Below, piece by piece: positions 10,300-19,344 of a stretch of DNA of 64,000 bases. The position numbers and the translations under genes are program-made. The notes beneath the pieces were generated by a model. The model was not told where the DNA came from. It searched no databases and saw nothing but the letters and a program-made list of their open reading frames with translations. Numbering within the stretch: the first letter of the stretch is position 1; the number at the start of each line of letters is the position of its first letter. Source of the DNA: an uncultured Cellvibrionales bacterium (GTDB lineage: Bacteria > Pseudomonadota > Gammaproteobacteria > Pseudomonadales > Cellvibrionaceae); assembly GCA_913020115.1 (NCBI GenBank), contig CAJWBQ010000009.1, positions 38,184-102,183 on the forward strand. The letters are read 5' to 3'.

Positions 10300-11517
10300 A
10301 TGCCACTTTCAAAGCTCAGCTGCCTTATTGTAGATGATGACCGCTTCATGCTTAAAACATTGGAAGTGCTACTGCAGCAAATTGGCGTCACCAAAACATA
10401 TTCCTCTGACAATGCGCAAGACGCACTGAAGTACATCGCCAACCAGAACAATCATATAGACATTATTATTAGCGATTTAAATATGCCGGAGATGGACGGC
10501 ATTCAATTATTGCGACACCTTGGCGGTTTAGGTGTTGCAATGGGCATAATACTGGTAAGCGGTGAAGACCCTAGGCTACTGCAATCTGTTAAAACACTCG
10601 GGGAAACCTTTGATTTAATGGTACTTGGCACACTTGGCAAACCCGTAGCTAAACAGGAACTTCAAAGCTTAATTGAGGAATACGAGCCCTCTGCAGACAC
10701 CCCTCCCACTGGCCCCGCCGCCATGGTTTTTGCCGACGAACTTAAGATGGCCATCGCCAACCATGAGATTAAAGTTCACTACCAACCCCAAGTCAGCCTT
10801 ATCGATGGGCGCATCGTTGGAGTGGAAGCACTCGCCCGCTGGAACCACCCCGTCAAAGGTGCCATTTCACCTTCGATTTTTATAGGTATCGCGGAAAAGT
10901 ACAGCATGATCAAAGAGCTCACAAATCAAGTTTTTGAGCAGAGTTTAACCCAAGCGAGCCATTGGCGATCTCAGGGTTTCGACATCAACTTGTCTGTGAA
11001 TTTTTCCGCTCAAGCGCTTACTCAGCTCGACATGCCAGAAAGCATTTTTGAACAACTACAAGGCAGCGCACTGCGCCCACATAATCTCAACATAGAAATC
11101 ACAGAGTCAACATTGGCCTCAGATATTAGCATTGCACTCGACATATTGACACGCCTTCGCCTAAAGGGTTTTGGCTTGTCTATTGATGATTTTGGCACTG
11201 GGTTTTCATCGCTTGAACAACTCCAACAAATTCCCTTTACCGAGCTGAAAGTAGACCGTTCTTTTGTGCACAATGCCAACGTCAATAGAGCATGCCAGGT
11301 AATATTGGAATCCAGCATCTCACTAACTAAGAAGCTTGGCATTAAAAGTGTTGCCGAGGGAGTGGAAAACGAAGCGGATTTAAACTTAGTGAAAGCGCAG
11401 GGCTGCGACATTGTACAGGGCTACTACTTTGCCAAACCCATGCCGCCAGAGGAATTCATCCCCTGGGCACGAGACTACAGCAGCAGCTTAAATCGCCCCT
11501 TCAAGCCAGGCGATTAA
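10300..11517 (+). CDS. response regulator receiver-EAL c-di-GMP phosphodiesterase
   Basis: REC domain (LIVDDD...DIIISDLNMPEMDG). The EAL domain has intact catalytic motifs: EALARW, EITES, DDFGTGFSSL, KVDRSF, EGVE, QGYYFAKP. Confidence 0.9.
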   Translation: MPLSKLSCLIVDDDRFMLKTLEVLLQQIGVTKTYSSDNAQDALKYIANQNNHIDIIISDLNMPEMDGIQLLRHLGGLGVAMGIILVSGEDPRLLQSVKTLGETFDLMVLGTLGKPVAKQELQSLIEEYEPSADTPPTGPAAMVFADELKMAIANHEIKVHYQPQVSLIDGRIVGVEALARWNHPVKGAISPSIFIGIAEKYSMIKELTNQVFEQSLTQASHWRSQGFDINLSVNFSAQALTQLDMPESIFEQLQGSALRPHNLNIEITESTLASDISIALDILTRLRLKGFGLSIDDFGTGFSSLEQLQQIPFTELKVDRSFVHNANVNRACQVILESSISLTKKLGIKSVAEGVENEADLNLVKAQGCDIVQGYYFAKPMPPEEFIPWARDYSSSLNRPFKPGD

Positions 11518-11670
11518 ATAGCTAAGGCCGCCCAGCACAAGTAATATTACCACTATGAGACTGAGCAAAACGCCGTGACGGAAAGGTTTTCTTTCTACAG
11601 AATTCACGCCGCCACGAATGACCTGATCTACACGAGCTTGGTCTTCTGGTGAAAGTCTTGGGCTATTCAT
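11488..11670 (-). CDS. small membrane protein (DUF3094-like)
   Basis: 60 aa. LSPEDQARVDQ...VERKPFR followed by one TM, resembling DUF3094 proteins (memory). Its 3' end overlaps the convergent EAL gene by 30 nt. Confidence 0.55.
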   Translation of the reverse strand: MNSPRLSPEDQARVDQVIRGGVNSVERKPFRHGVLLSLIVVILLVLGGLSYLIAWLEGAI

Positions 11671-11740
11671 ACAATGCGAAACTCCGGTTGGTGCTCAAAG
11701 GAGCACCATTAAACCTCTTAGCCCCGTAAATTAAAAGACC

Positions 11741-13525
11741 TTAAAACTGTTCCGACGCCAAGGCCATCACGGCACTGCTACCCGCTGAAATTCCTTGTGC
11801 CAAGGCTCCAGTTTGCGGTAGCAGACGCTGAAAATAAAACTGCGCAGTAGCAATTTTTGCACCGTGGAATGCCTCATCTTCAGCCAATAATGCCTGCGAT
11901 GTTAGTGCCATTTTTGCCCACATGTAGGCGTAAGTGACATATCCCGTAAGATGCAAAAAGTCGACAGCCGCCGCACCAACTGCATTGGCATCGTCTTGCG
12001 CTTGCGACACTACCGTTTCAGTTGCTTGAGTCAGCAAGTGCAATGAGGCCAGCAGGGGCTGCGTGTACTCTTGGGCGCTCTCGCCCGAGTTATCCTCAAC
12101 AAATGCGTGGATTTCTTTAGCCAGCAAGGCGATAGACGAACCACCATTCATGGCCACCTTCCGCCCCATCAGGTCCATAGCTTGAATACCGTTGGTTCCC
12201 TCATAAATTTGCGTAATTCGCACATCTCGAACCAACTGCTCCTGCCCCCACTCGCGGACAAAACCATGACCGCCAAACACCTGCTGCCCCATCACCGTTG
12301 CGTCAAGTGCCTTGTCGCTCATAAAAGCTTTTGCTACAGGAGTCAGTAGTGCCACCATAGTGTCGGCATGTTTACGATCAGTCTCACTGTCACTGTATTT
12401 GGCAATGTCTAACCAGCTGGCCACATAGGTCGAAAACGCTCTACCCGCTTCATTAAAGGCCTTCATTGTCATCAGCATACGGCGAACATCAGCGTGCACA
12501 ATAATTGGGTCAGCCACTTTCTCTGGCGCTTGAATACCGCTTGGCGACCGGCTTTGCAAACGCTCTCGAGCGTATTCCCGAGCATTCTGATAGGAAGCCT
12601 CGGCTGCACCTAAACCTTGAATACCCACACCTAAGCGCTCGTAGTTCATCATGGTGAACATACACGCCAAACCTTGGTTTTCACCGCCAACCAACCAGCC
12701 TCGTGCGTCGTCAAAATTCATCACGCAGGTTGCCGACGCCTTAATGCCCATCTTCTTTTCTATAGAGCCGCATGAAACGCCGTTGGCGCCACCAACAGAG
12801 GCGTCTTCATTCACTAGCAACTTGGGAACAAGAAACAAGGAAATACCTTTGGGGCCCGCCGGGGCACCCGGAAGCTTGGCCAAAACCAAATGGATGATAT
12901 TTTCCGCCATGTCGTGCTCACCCCAAGTAATAAAAATCTTGGTGCCCGAAATGGTATAACTACCATCACTTTGCGGCTCGGCTTTAGTGCGAATAATGCC
13001 GAGGTCTGTGCCCGCGTGAGGCTCGGTTAAATCCATTGCCCCAGCCCAAGTACCGGCATACATATTTGGCAGGTACTTTTCTTTCAATTCGTCGCTGGCA
13101 TGCACATTTATCGACAGACAAGCTCCCGCGCTCAGCATTGGCGCTAAACCAAACGAAATACTGGCACCCTGTACCAATTCGTCCACCTGACCAACCAGTG
13201 TTTTAGGCATGCCCATACCGCCATATTCGGTATTACCGCCAAGCCCAACCCAGCCACCCTCACTGAAGGTTTGGTAAGCCTCCTTAAAACCCGACGGGGC
13301 CGTAACTGCGCCATCAGACCAGTGCGAGCCCTCTTCGTCAGCCTCTCGGTTAAGAGGCGCTATCACCTCACCGGCAATCTTACCGGCCTCTTCAAGAATC
13401 GCGTCGGCGGTGTCCATATCGATGAGCTCTTGCAAGGCGGGAAGTGAAGCCCACTGCTTGTCCATCTGAAAAACATCTTTAAGAACGTAGCGCATATCAC
13501 GCAAAGGAGCTGAATAACTGGGCAT
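11741..13525 (-). CDS. long-form acyl-CoA dehydrogenase (FadE-like with C-terminal extension)
   Basis: 594 aa. ACAD motifs are present (MDLTEPHAGTDL, GTKIFITWG, IYEGTNGIQAMDL) plus a C-terminal helical extension. Confidence 0.9.
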   Translation of the reverse strand: MPSYSAPLRDMRYVLKDVFQMDKQWASLPALQELIDMDTADAILEEAGKIAGEVIAPLNREADEEGSHWSDGAVTAPSGFKEAYQTFSEGGWVGLGGNTEYGGMGMPKTLVGQVDELVQGASISFGLAPMLSAGACLSINVHASDELKEKYLPNMYAGTWAGAMDLTEPHAGTDLGIIRTKAEPQSDGSYTISGTKIFITWGEHDMAENIIHLVLAKLPGAPAGPKGISLFLVPKLLVNEDASVGGANGVSCGSIEKKMGIKASATCVMNFDDARGWLVGGENQGLACMFTMMNYERLGVGIQGLGAAEASYQNAREYARERLQSRSPSGIQAPEKVADPIIVHADVRRMLMTMKAFNEAGRAFSTYVASWLDIAKYSDSETDRKHADTMVALLTPVAKAFMSDKALDATVMGQQVFGGHGFVREWGQEQLVRDVRITQIYEGTNGIQAMDLMGRKVAMNGGSSIALLAKEIHAFVEDNSGESAQEYTQPLLASLHLLTQATETVVSQAQDDANAVGAAAVDFLHLTGYVTYAYMWAKMALTSQALLAEDEAFHGAKIATAQFYFQRLLPQTGALAQGISAGSSAVMALASEQF

Positions 13526-13610
13526 GCGGGCCTCTTGAGTTAAGAATTAGGAACCAGGGAGTTTGAGTAAAGCATAGGTTAAATCACTACAAATACCCGA
13601 GATAAGGGCA

Positions 13611-13644
13611 TTAAAACGAGCGTTTTAAAACAAGTGTTTGAAAC
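13611..13644. promoter_or_regulatory. cluster of AAAC/GTTT palindromes (PsrA/TetR-type operator candidate)
   Basis: The sequence reads TTAAAACG-AG-CGTTTTAA, then AAAAC-AAGT-GTTTG-AAAC, about 90-120 nt upstream of the acyl-CoA dehydrogenase start. It resembles the AAAC-N4-GTTT core I recall for PsrA. Confidence 0.35.
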
Positions 13645-13740
13645 ATACGGACTGAACAGCCCTATGTCAAGGAAATACTCGCCCGAAGATGCCACTGAAA
13701 AGTGACAAGCAAACCCTAAGAAGCCCAGTAAACGAGGGGT

Positions 13741-14565
13741 CTAAGCCGACAAATCCAAGAGCTCGCCGGGTGCATTATCAATTGGCACCGCACCAATATC
13801 TTGCAGGCGGCGCAGCAGGTTAACTTGTGTATCGCTAGCGTCACTTCTCTGCTGACTCGCCTCTTCAGCGCTAATTGCTGACTGAGCCTCAGCCTCGCTT
13901 TGATCTTTTTCCACTTGCTCATTGTCAGCCTCCCGCGCAGCTCTTTGCTCCGCTTCCTCTGCCTTTGAGCTCAGAACTTCGTCGCGTCGCTGTTGAGCCA
14001 ATTCCGCTAGGGCTTGAAGCTCTAGACTAGCGGCTCCCGCAGCAACTGCACGATCTTGTGAAGATGGGTCTGCAGGCGCTAAGGCCGCACGCTGAATTTG
14101 CTGGGCCTTTGCTATAGTGGCCTCTGGGTCATTTGGAACACCACCGGTGCTGATAGACACTTCGCCGCCAACGGCATAACTAACCCCGTCCGGGCCACGC
14201 TGAAACTCATAACTAGGGGTTCCGGCAAACTGACCGCCCACAGATGCATGGGCCCGTTCGTGAGCACGCACCTCACGATCTCGTGACGCGAGGCGCTGAA
14301 TAAGCTGTTGGTCTTGTTGCTGCTGGCGCTCCACAGCGTCTTTTTGTTGATTCGCGTGCTGGTCTTGCTCACTGACCGTAGTGGAAAGATCGTTAGCTCG
14401 ATCACTGCCTAAGTGCGGCTGAGACGCCGCTGTTTTTGCCGGCTCTTCCACCGACTTAAAAGACGTCGACTTACTTTCTACATTTTCTTCGCCCACAGCC
14501 TCTCGGCCCAAGGGGCTGAAAGTGGCAACCGCGCTGCCGAAGTTTGCGGGCAAGTTCACGTTCAT
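13741..14565 (-). CDS. SprA-related / CJM1_0395-family putative metalloprotease
   Basis: Conserved core SRDREVRAHERAHASVGGQFAGTPSYEFQRGPDGVSYAVGGEVSI contains HERAH (HExxH). The flanks are Gln/Glu-rich and low-complexity. No obvious signal peptide. Confidence 0.7.
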   Translation of the reverse strand: MNVNLPANFGSAVATFSPLGREAVGEENVESKSTSFKSVEEPAKTAASQPHLGSDRANDLSTTVSEQDQHANQQKDAVERQQQQDQQLIQRLASRDREVRAHERAHASVGGQFAGTPSYEFQRGPDGVSYAVGGEVSISTGGVPNDPEATIAKAQQIQRAALAPADPSSQDRAVAAGAASLELQALAELAQQRRDEVLSSKAEEAEQRAAREADNEQVEKDQSEAEAQSAISAEEASQQRSDASDTQVNLLRRLQDIGAVPIDNAPGELLDLSA

Positions 14566-14568
14566 CAA

Positions 14569-14808
14569 CTAAGCCTTAATGTCCAACAGAGCACCCAAAG
14601 TGCTATCGGCCGCTTCAACCACCTTAGCCGAGGCGTCAAAAACATGCTGTTGAATTTTCATATTGATAATAGGTTCGGAAATATCGTTTAGCGTAATGTC
14701 TTCGGCGGGAGTCTTAACGGCCCCCGCTATCTGTTCTGCAGACTTAGCCATCTCGCGAGCGCTCTGCTGCATTCCCGCCAAGCCTTGATTAAGGACACCA
14801 CCAATCAT
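14569..14808 (-). CDS. small hypothetical protein (weak YjfB-like resemblance)
   Basis: 79-aa ORF whose TAG stop (14569-14571) directly abuts the TTG/ATG start of the downstream HExxH gene. Family assignment is weak. Confidence 0.45.
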   Translation of the reverse strand: MIGGVLNQGLAGMQQSAREMAKSAEQIAGAVKTPAEDITLNDISEPIINMKIQQHVFDASAKVVEAADSTLGALLDIKA

Positions 14809-14943
14809 AATTTCGAGCCTCTCTTATACTGCACCGCTTAAATATCAAACAAACTGAGTACCAGTTTACTGCTCGCAGTCCATAATTTCAGCTATCTAGA
14901 CCTCAAAAACCTAAACTTATAAGAACATTTAGGCGCAAAGGAT

Positions 14944-15627
14944 TTAAGGATCAATTAATTTGTCTATATCTAAATGTATAGACACTTCAGTCGCTGTAGC
15001 TCCTGGTAGATTGGGAATTTCACCTAGGCACGGGAAGGGCAAGCGCGCCTTTAAGCTTGCTAAATTTTCGTCATAACAGCTCATTTCAGCTTCCGCGCGA
15101 TTGGCAACCCAGCCTGCAATCTGCAAACCATCCCGATGAATGGCCTCTGCACTTAACAAAGCATGATTAATACAGCCTAAGCGCATTCCAACCACCAGAA
15201 TTACGGGGATATTTAGGGCCTTTGGCAATTCCGCCAAAGTTTCTCGGCCATTCAAAGGCACTCGCCAGCCACCAGCGCCTTCAATTAGGGTAAAGTCGGC
15301 ACGCTGCATCATGACCCCACGGCAAAAGCCCACAAGGCGATCTACAGTGATGTTTTTTCCGGCTCGGGCCGCCGCAATATGCGGGGCAATGGCGGGCTCT
15401 AAAGTTATTGGGTTTATCTGCTCGTAAGACAGAGGCAGAGACATAGCCTCTTGCAGGGCCAAAGCGTCATCGTTTCGCAGGCCTTCGGGTGTCGCTTCGC
15501 AGCCTGCCGCTACCGGCTTGACGGCCGCACTTGTTAGGCCCTTTTGATTCGCGGCTGCCAGCAGTGCACAGGCAACAAAGGTTTTCCCAACATCGGTGTC
15601 TGTGCCGGTGACAAAAAATGTGCTCAT
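14944..15627 (-). CDS. bioD: dethiobiotin synthase
   Basis: Start trimmed to MSTFFVTGTDTDVGKT (P-loop typical of BioD). About 227 aa. Confidence 0.9.
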   Translation of the reverse strand: MSTFFVTGTDTDVGKTFVACALLAAANQKGLTSAAVKPVAAGCEATPEGLRNDDALALQEAMSLPLSYEQINPITLEPAIAPHIAAARAGKNITVDRLVGFCRGVMMQRADFTLIEGAGGWRVPLNGRETLAELPKALNIPVILVVGMRLGCINHALLSAEAIHRDGLQIAGWVANRAEAEMSCYDENLASLKARLPFPCLGEIPNLPGATATEVSIHLDIDKLIDP

Positions 15628-15704
15628 ACTTATAAAACTCCAAATGAAACAGTATCGACCCCCTAGCAGGCGCCACCACGAGTGCGCTAAATTAATACCT
15701 ACAT

Positions 15705-15732
15705 ACAAAAAACGGCCGCCTATGGCGACCGC
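15705..15732 (-). terminator. rho-independent terminator after the PEP-CTERM gene
   Basis: The minus strand reads GCGGTCGCC-ATA-GGCGGCCG (one mismatch) followed by TTTTTTG. It lies 45 nt downstream of the stop at 15778. Confidence 0.5.
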
Positions 15733-15777
15733 TTTATCCGTCCGACCATGCAGTCGGTACGATTTTACTGCCTTAAT

Positions 15778-16446
15778 TTAGGCTTTAACAGAGCGCTTAC
15801 GTATAACGCCTAAACCTGCCAAGCCCATGCCGAATAACACTAGTGCGCCAGGAATAGGAGTTGGCGTTAGGTCTAAGTTAAGGTCCCAATGATCACTGCT
15901 CATGCAGTCTGTATTAGGCCTTGCTCCATCACCACAATTAATCCAAGCAGACGCACCAAAGGCCGTCTTTGACTTAGCATTTGCACCAAGGCCAATTTGG
16001 AAATTAAACATTATAAAATCGTCAATATCGTAAATCATATTATCGATTGTGATCGTGCCTAATATCGAGGTGAAGAAATCGACATTATTGCCATCATAGG
16101 GCAAGCCACCTTCCTGTTTGTAATCCCCGGCCGTCATATCGTCAACATATTCAGTAAAGGTAATTTGAATGTCGGCTTCTAGACCGTCGCCGTTCTTAGC
16201 CGTCGCGTCTAATATGGCGCTGCCCGTACCCGTTGTTTTGTCAACAGTAAGCGTACTACCCGCCTGGATAGAAAAGTAATTCTTATATTTTTCGCTATCA
16301 CTACCATCACCGAAGTCTTGGTTGGTCCACAATCCATGACCACCATAAACGCCTGTAGCATCGCTGACGTTATACACCGTGGCCGCCTGAATCGAGGCTG
16401 CAAATACAAATGCCAATAAAACCACCGAACGAACTAAACCTTTCAT
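15778..16446 (-). CDS. PEP-CTERM sorting-domain secreted protein
   Basis: Signal peptide (VVLLAFVFAASIQA). The C-terminus TPIPGALVLFGMGLAGLGVIRKRSVKA follows the PEP-CTERM architecture: P-x-P-G motif, TM helix, Arg/Lys cluster. Confidence 0.8.
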   Translation of the reverse strand: MKGLVRSVVLLAFVFAASIQAATVYNVSDATGVYGGHGLWTNQDFGDGSDSEKYKNYFSIQAGSTLTVDKTTGTGSAILDATAKNGDGLEADIQITFTEYVDDMTAGDYKQEGGLPYDGNNVDFFTSILGTITIDNMIYDIDDFIMFNFQIGLGANAKSKTAFGASAWINCGDGARPNTDCMSSDHWDLNLDLTPTPIPGALVLFGMGLAGLGVIRKRSVKA

Positions 16447-16494
16447 CTACGTTTTCCTTACGTTAAACCACAAAGATAGCTATTCAGGCATTAA

Positions 16495-16510
16495 AGCTAG
16501 TTTCATGCCA
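16495..16510 (-). promoter_or_regulatory. sigma-54-like -24/-12 promoter candidate upstream of the PEP-CTERM gene
   Basis: The minus strand reads CTTGGCATGAAACTAGCT. GG and GC are at the canonical spacing, with two mismatches to TGGCACG-N4-TTGC. It lies about 50 nt upstream of the ATG at 16446. Confidence 0.4.
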
Positions 16511-16606
16511 AGTACCTAACACTTTGTATTCTGGCGCTTTTTTTTAGAGAAAATACAAGAGCGGCCCGAAAATGTAAAATAATTCGACAAATGTGCTCGC
16601 TGAGTC

Positions 16607-18214
16607 CTACCCGCTAACAATGCCATAAAACACCTCATAGCTTGCCGGCAGACCCAGTTCCGTACGAAATTGTTCGTAGCCCCCGCGAACACCCAGCAAG
16701 CGCTGGCGACCCGTAAGCCCTGTCGGCTTGCCTTGATTGACGTTATGAGCCCCTATTCCTTTGAGCTCATTAGTAAGATGCTTAAGCTCGGAGTAATACA
16801 GAACTCGCTCCTCATAGGCCCAATCAAGTAAATCCAAATTTGCCGACGCAACACTGGCACGAATTGTTTCTCCGGGGTAAAAACGATTGACGTGAACATC
16901 CCCGTCCACAGAACCCCAAGCCGACCTCAATTCATACAAAGTTTTTGGCCCAAGGGTAGAAAAATAGAACTTTCCGCCCGGCTTTAATACTCGCTTAATT
17001 TCAGAAAACAACGCAGCTGTATTTTCACACCACTGAATAGCCAAACTTGAAAACATCAGGTCTACGCTGTTGCTCCTTAATGGCAAAGACTCTGCGTCAC
17101 CACATAGCCAATGTGCTTGAGAGGCTTTGTGTTCGCGCGCGTAGCGCAGCATGCCCTCCGCAAGGTCTAGGCCGACAATGTCCCGGCCGCTAAACTGCGC
17201 CTGCAAGCGTTCGGTAAACCAACCCGTGCCGCAGCCTAAATCTACAATTGTTTGCACTTCGTCCACTATTGCGCTTGGAACTAAGTGTTGGTCGAACAAT
17301 TGATCACCCACATCTCTTTGTAGCTGAGCCATGGTGTCGTAGGTATTGGCGGCCTTACTGAATGACTTTGCCACTTTCATTTTGTCTAAATGAAACTTTT
17401 GTGTCTCGAGAAAAGCTCGCACTTGGGCAACAACGGATGCTGGCGAAGACCAGTGCGGGGCATGGCCTACACCAGGCAGAGTTACAAGGGCCTGCTTAGC
17501 ATTTAGCTTTTCCATTTGCGCGGCACAAAGCTTAGGCACCAGGCCGTCACACTCACCCAGTAGGTGGAGGCCCGGCATCGCAAGCTCGCTAAAACTTTTA
17601 CGGTTATCGATACTCGCCAGAATATCTAAGTGATCAAGCCACAATTCGTTGGGAGCCTGATCTTTTAGCAAGGCTCTCAGCCCCTTTAAAACCAATTTTT
17701 CTCGCTCATCATTCTGTGCGACCAAGGCCACAAATCGCTTAAGACTTAAAGCGTTGTTCTCTACAAAGCCTGCTCGAAATTGCGCAAAAGTATCTGCGTG
17801 CATGGCCGTCGGCCAATGTTCGCTCGCGACAAAACTGACATTAGTGGCCAGAGTTATAAGTGATGAAATTCGTTCGGGGTATTGAGAGGCGATCTTCGTT
17901 GCAAGCATGCCGCCAAGTGACCACCCCATGAGTACGCAGCGCGGCGGCAGCAACTTGACAATAGAAGCGATAAGGTTTGTTACGCTAAGCGGCTCAATAC
18001 TTCTACGCTCTAGCGCAAGCTCTTCAAGTCCTGGCAAATCGATCGTCTGCACTTCCGCCAATTCACAGAGCGAATCCACGATAGGAGCCCAGCTTACACT
18101 ACCGCAACCCCAGCCATGTAAAAGCACAATGGGCTCAGTCACAATTGGCTGATTTTTTGCCGGATAACAGGTCTTATTCAAAACAATCGTCCAGCGCTGA
18201 CAACAAACGATCAA
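16607..18214 (-). CDS. bioC: fused BioH-like pimeloyl-ACP methyl ester esterase / BioC malonyl-ACP O-methyltransferase
   Basis: Single 535-aa frame. The N-terminal half is an alpha/beta hydrolase ([23 protein letters not shown]). The C-terminal half is a methyltransferase ([31 protein letters not shown]). The 5' end overlaps the bioF stop by 41 nt, so the true start is uncertain. Confidence 0.85.
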   Translation of the reverse strand: MIVCCQRWTIVLNKTCYPAKNQPIVTEPIVLLHGWGCGSVSWAPIVDSLCELAEVQTIDLPGLEELALERRSIEPLSVTNLIASIVKLLPPRCVLMGWSLGGMLATKIASQYPERISSLITLATNVSFVASEHWPTAMHADTFAQFRAGFVENNALSLKRFVALVAQNDEREKLVLKGLRALLKDQAPNELWLDHLDILASIDNRKSFSELAMPGLHLLGECDGLVPKLCAAQMEKLNAKQALVTLPGVGHAPHWSSPASVVAQVRAFLETQKFHLDKMKVAKSFSKAANTYDTMAQLQRDVGDQLFDQHLVPSAIVDEVQTIVDLGCGTGWFTERLQAQFSGRDIVGLDLAEGMLRYAREHKASQAHWLCGDAESLPLRSNSVDLMFSSLAIQWCENTAALFSEIKRVLKPGGKFYFSTLGPKTLYELRSAWGSVDGDVHVNRFYPGETIRASVASANLDLLDWAYEERVLYYSELKHLTNELKGIGAHNVNQGKPTGLTGRQRLLGVRGGYEQFRTELGLPASYEVFYGIVSG

Positions 18215-19328
18215 CTTGAGCTTCGCTGTGTTCAGCCATTATCGTAATACGTAAACGCGCACTGCCTTCAGCTACTGTCGGCGGCCGAATAGCGCCAACT
18301 AAAATGCCAGCGCTTTCTAATTGCGCAGACACTTGCAAAGTTTTTTCGGCGCTACCGATAATAATAGGTTGAATGGGCGTTGAAGAATCCATTAAAGCCA
18401 AACCCAGCTGAAGGGCGCCCTGACGAAAACGAGAAATTAAAGCTTGTAGCTTTTCTCGCCGCCAACTCTCTTCCTCTACCAAGACCAAGCTAACACGAGT
18501 TGCTGCCGCCACTGCAGGCGGAAGTGCCGTGGTGTAGATATAATTACGAGAAAACTGAATAAGGGTTTCGATGAGCGTTTCACTACCCGCCACAAAAGCG
18601 CCATAGGTACCCAGCGCTTTTCCCAGCGTACCCATTAAAACGGGCAACTGCGTTTGGTCTAAAGAAAAATGCTCACTGCAGCCGGCGCCACGCTGACCTA
18701 GAACGCCAAAACCATGAGCATCGTCTGCCATTAGCCAAGCGCCATGGCGCTGTGCCACTTGCGCCAACTCGGGCAGCGGAGCAAAATCTCCGTCCATACT
18801 AAAGACACTGTCGGCAACCACGAGCTTGCGACGCGCTGCACTTTTTTGCAGACGGCTTTCCAAGTTACTGCAATCATTGTGTAAAAAACGTTGGAAACGC
18901 GCACCACTCAGCAAACCTCCATCCAATAGAGACGCATGATTAAGCCGGTCTTCAAAAATTGCATCGCTTTTGTCGAGCAGGGCGTTAATTGTGCCAAGAT
19001 TGGCCATATAGCCGCTAGAAAATAATATGGCTCGATCACGCCCCGTAAACTCGGCGAGAGCCTCTTCCAGCAAATGATGCTCTTGAGAGTGTCCGCAGAC
19101 TAGGTGAGACGCGCCGCTACCTACACCATAGTGATTCGCAGCATCGCGAAATGCTTTAATCACTGCAGGGTGATTGGCAAGGCCCAAATAGTCGTTACTG
19201 CAAAATGCGAGATATTCTCGCCCCTCCACAATGACACTGGGCCCTTGTGCGCTTTCTAAAGTTTTTCGGTAGCGAAACAGCTTATCCTTTTTTCGGTCGG
19301 CTAAGGCTGCCTTCAGTGCCTGCTCCAC
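18174..19328 (-). CDS. bioF: 8-amino-7-oxononanoate synthase
   Basis: 384-aa PLP-dependent acyltransferase ([25 protein letters not shown] lysine motif) in biotin operon context. Confidence 0.95.
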   Translation of the reverse strand: MEQALKAALADRKKDKLFRYRKTLESAQGPSVIVEGREYLAFCSNDYLGLANHPAVIKAFRDAANHYGVGSGASHLVCGHSQEHHLLEEALAEFTGRDRAILFSSGYMANLGTINALLDKSDAIFEDRLNHASLLDGGLLSGARFQRFLHNDCSNLESRLQKSAARRKLVVADSVFSMDGDFAPLPELAQVAQRHGAWLMADDAHGFGVLGQRGAGCSEHFSLDQTQLPVLMGTLGKALGTYGAFVAGSETLIETLIQFSRNYIYTTALPPAVAAATRVSLVLVEEESWRREKLQALISRFRQGALQLGLALMDSSTPIQPIIIGSAEKTLQVSAQLESAGILVGAIRPPTVAEGSARLRITIMAEHSEAQVDRLLSALDDCFE

Positions 19329-19344
19329 TCCCGCTCACCAACTA

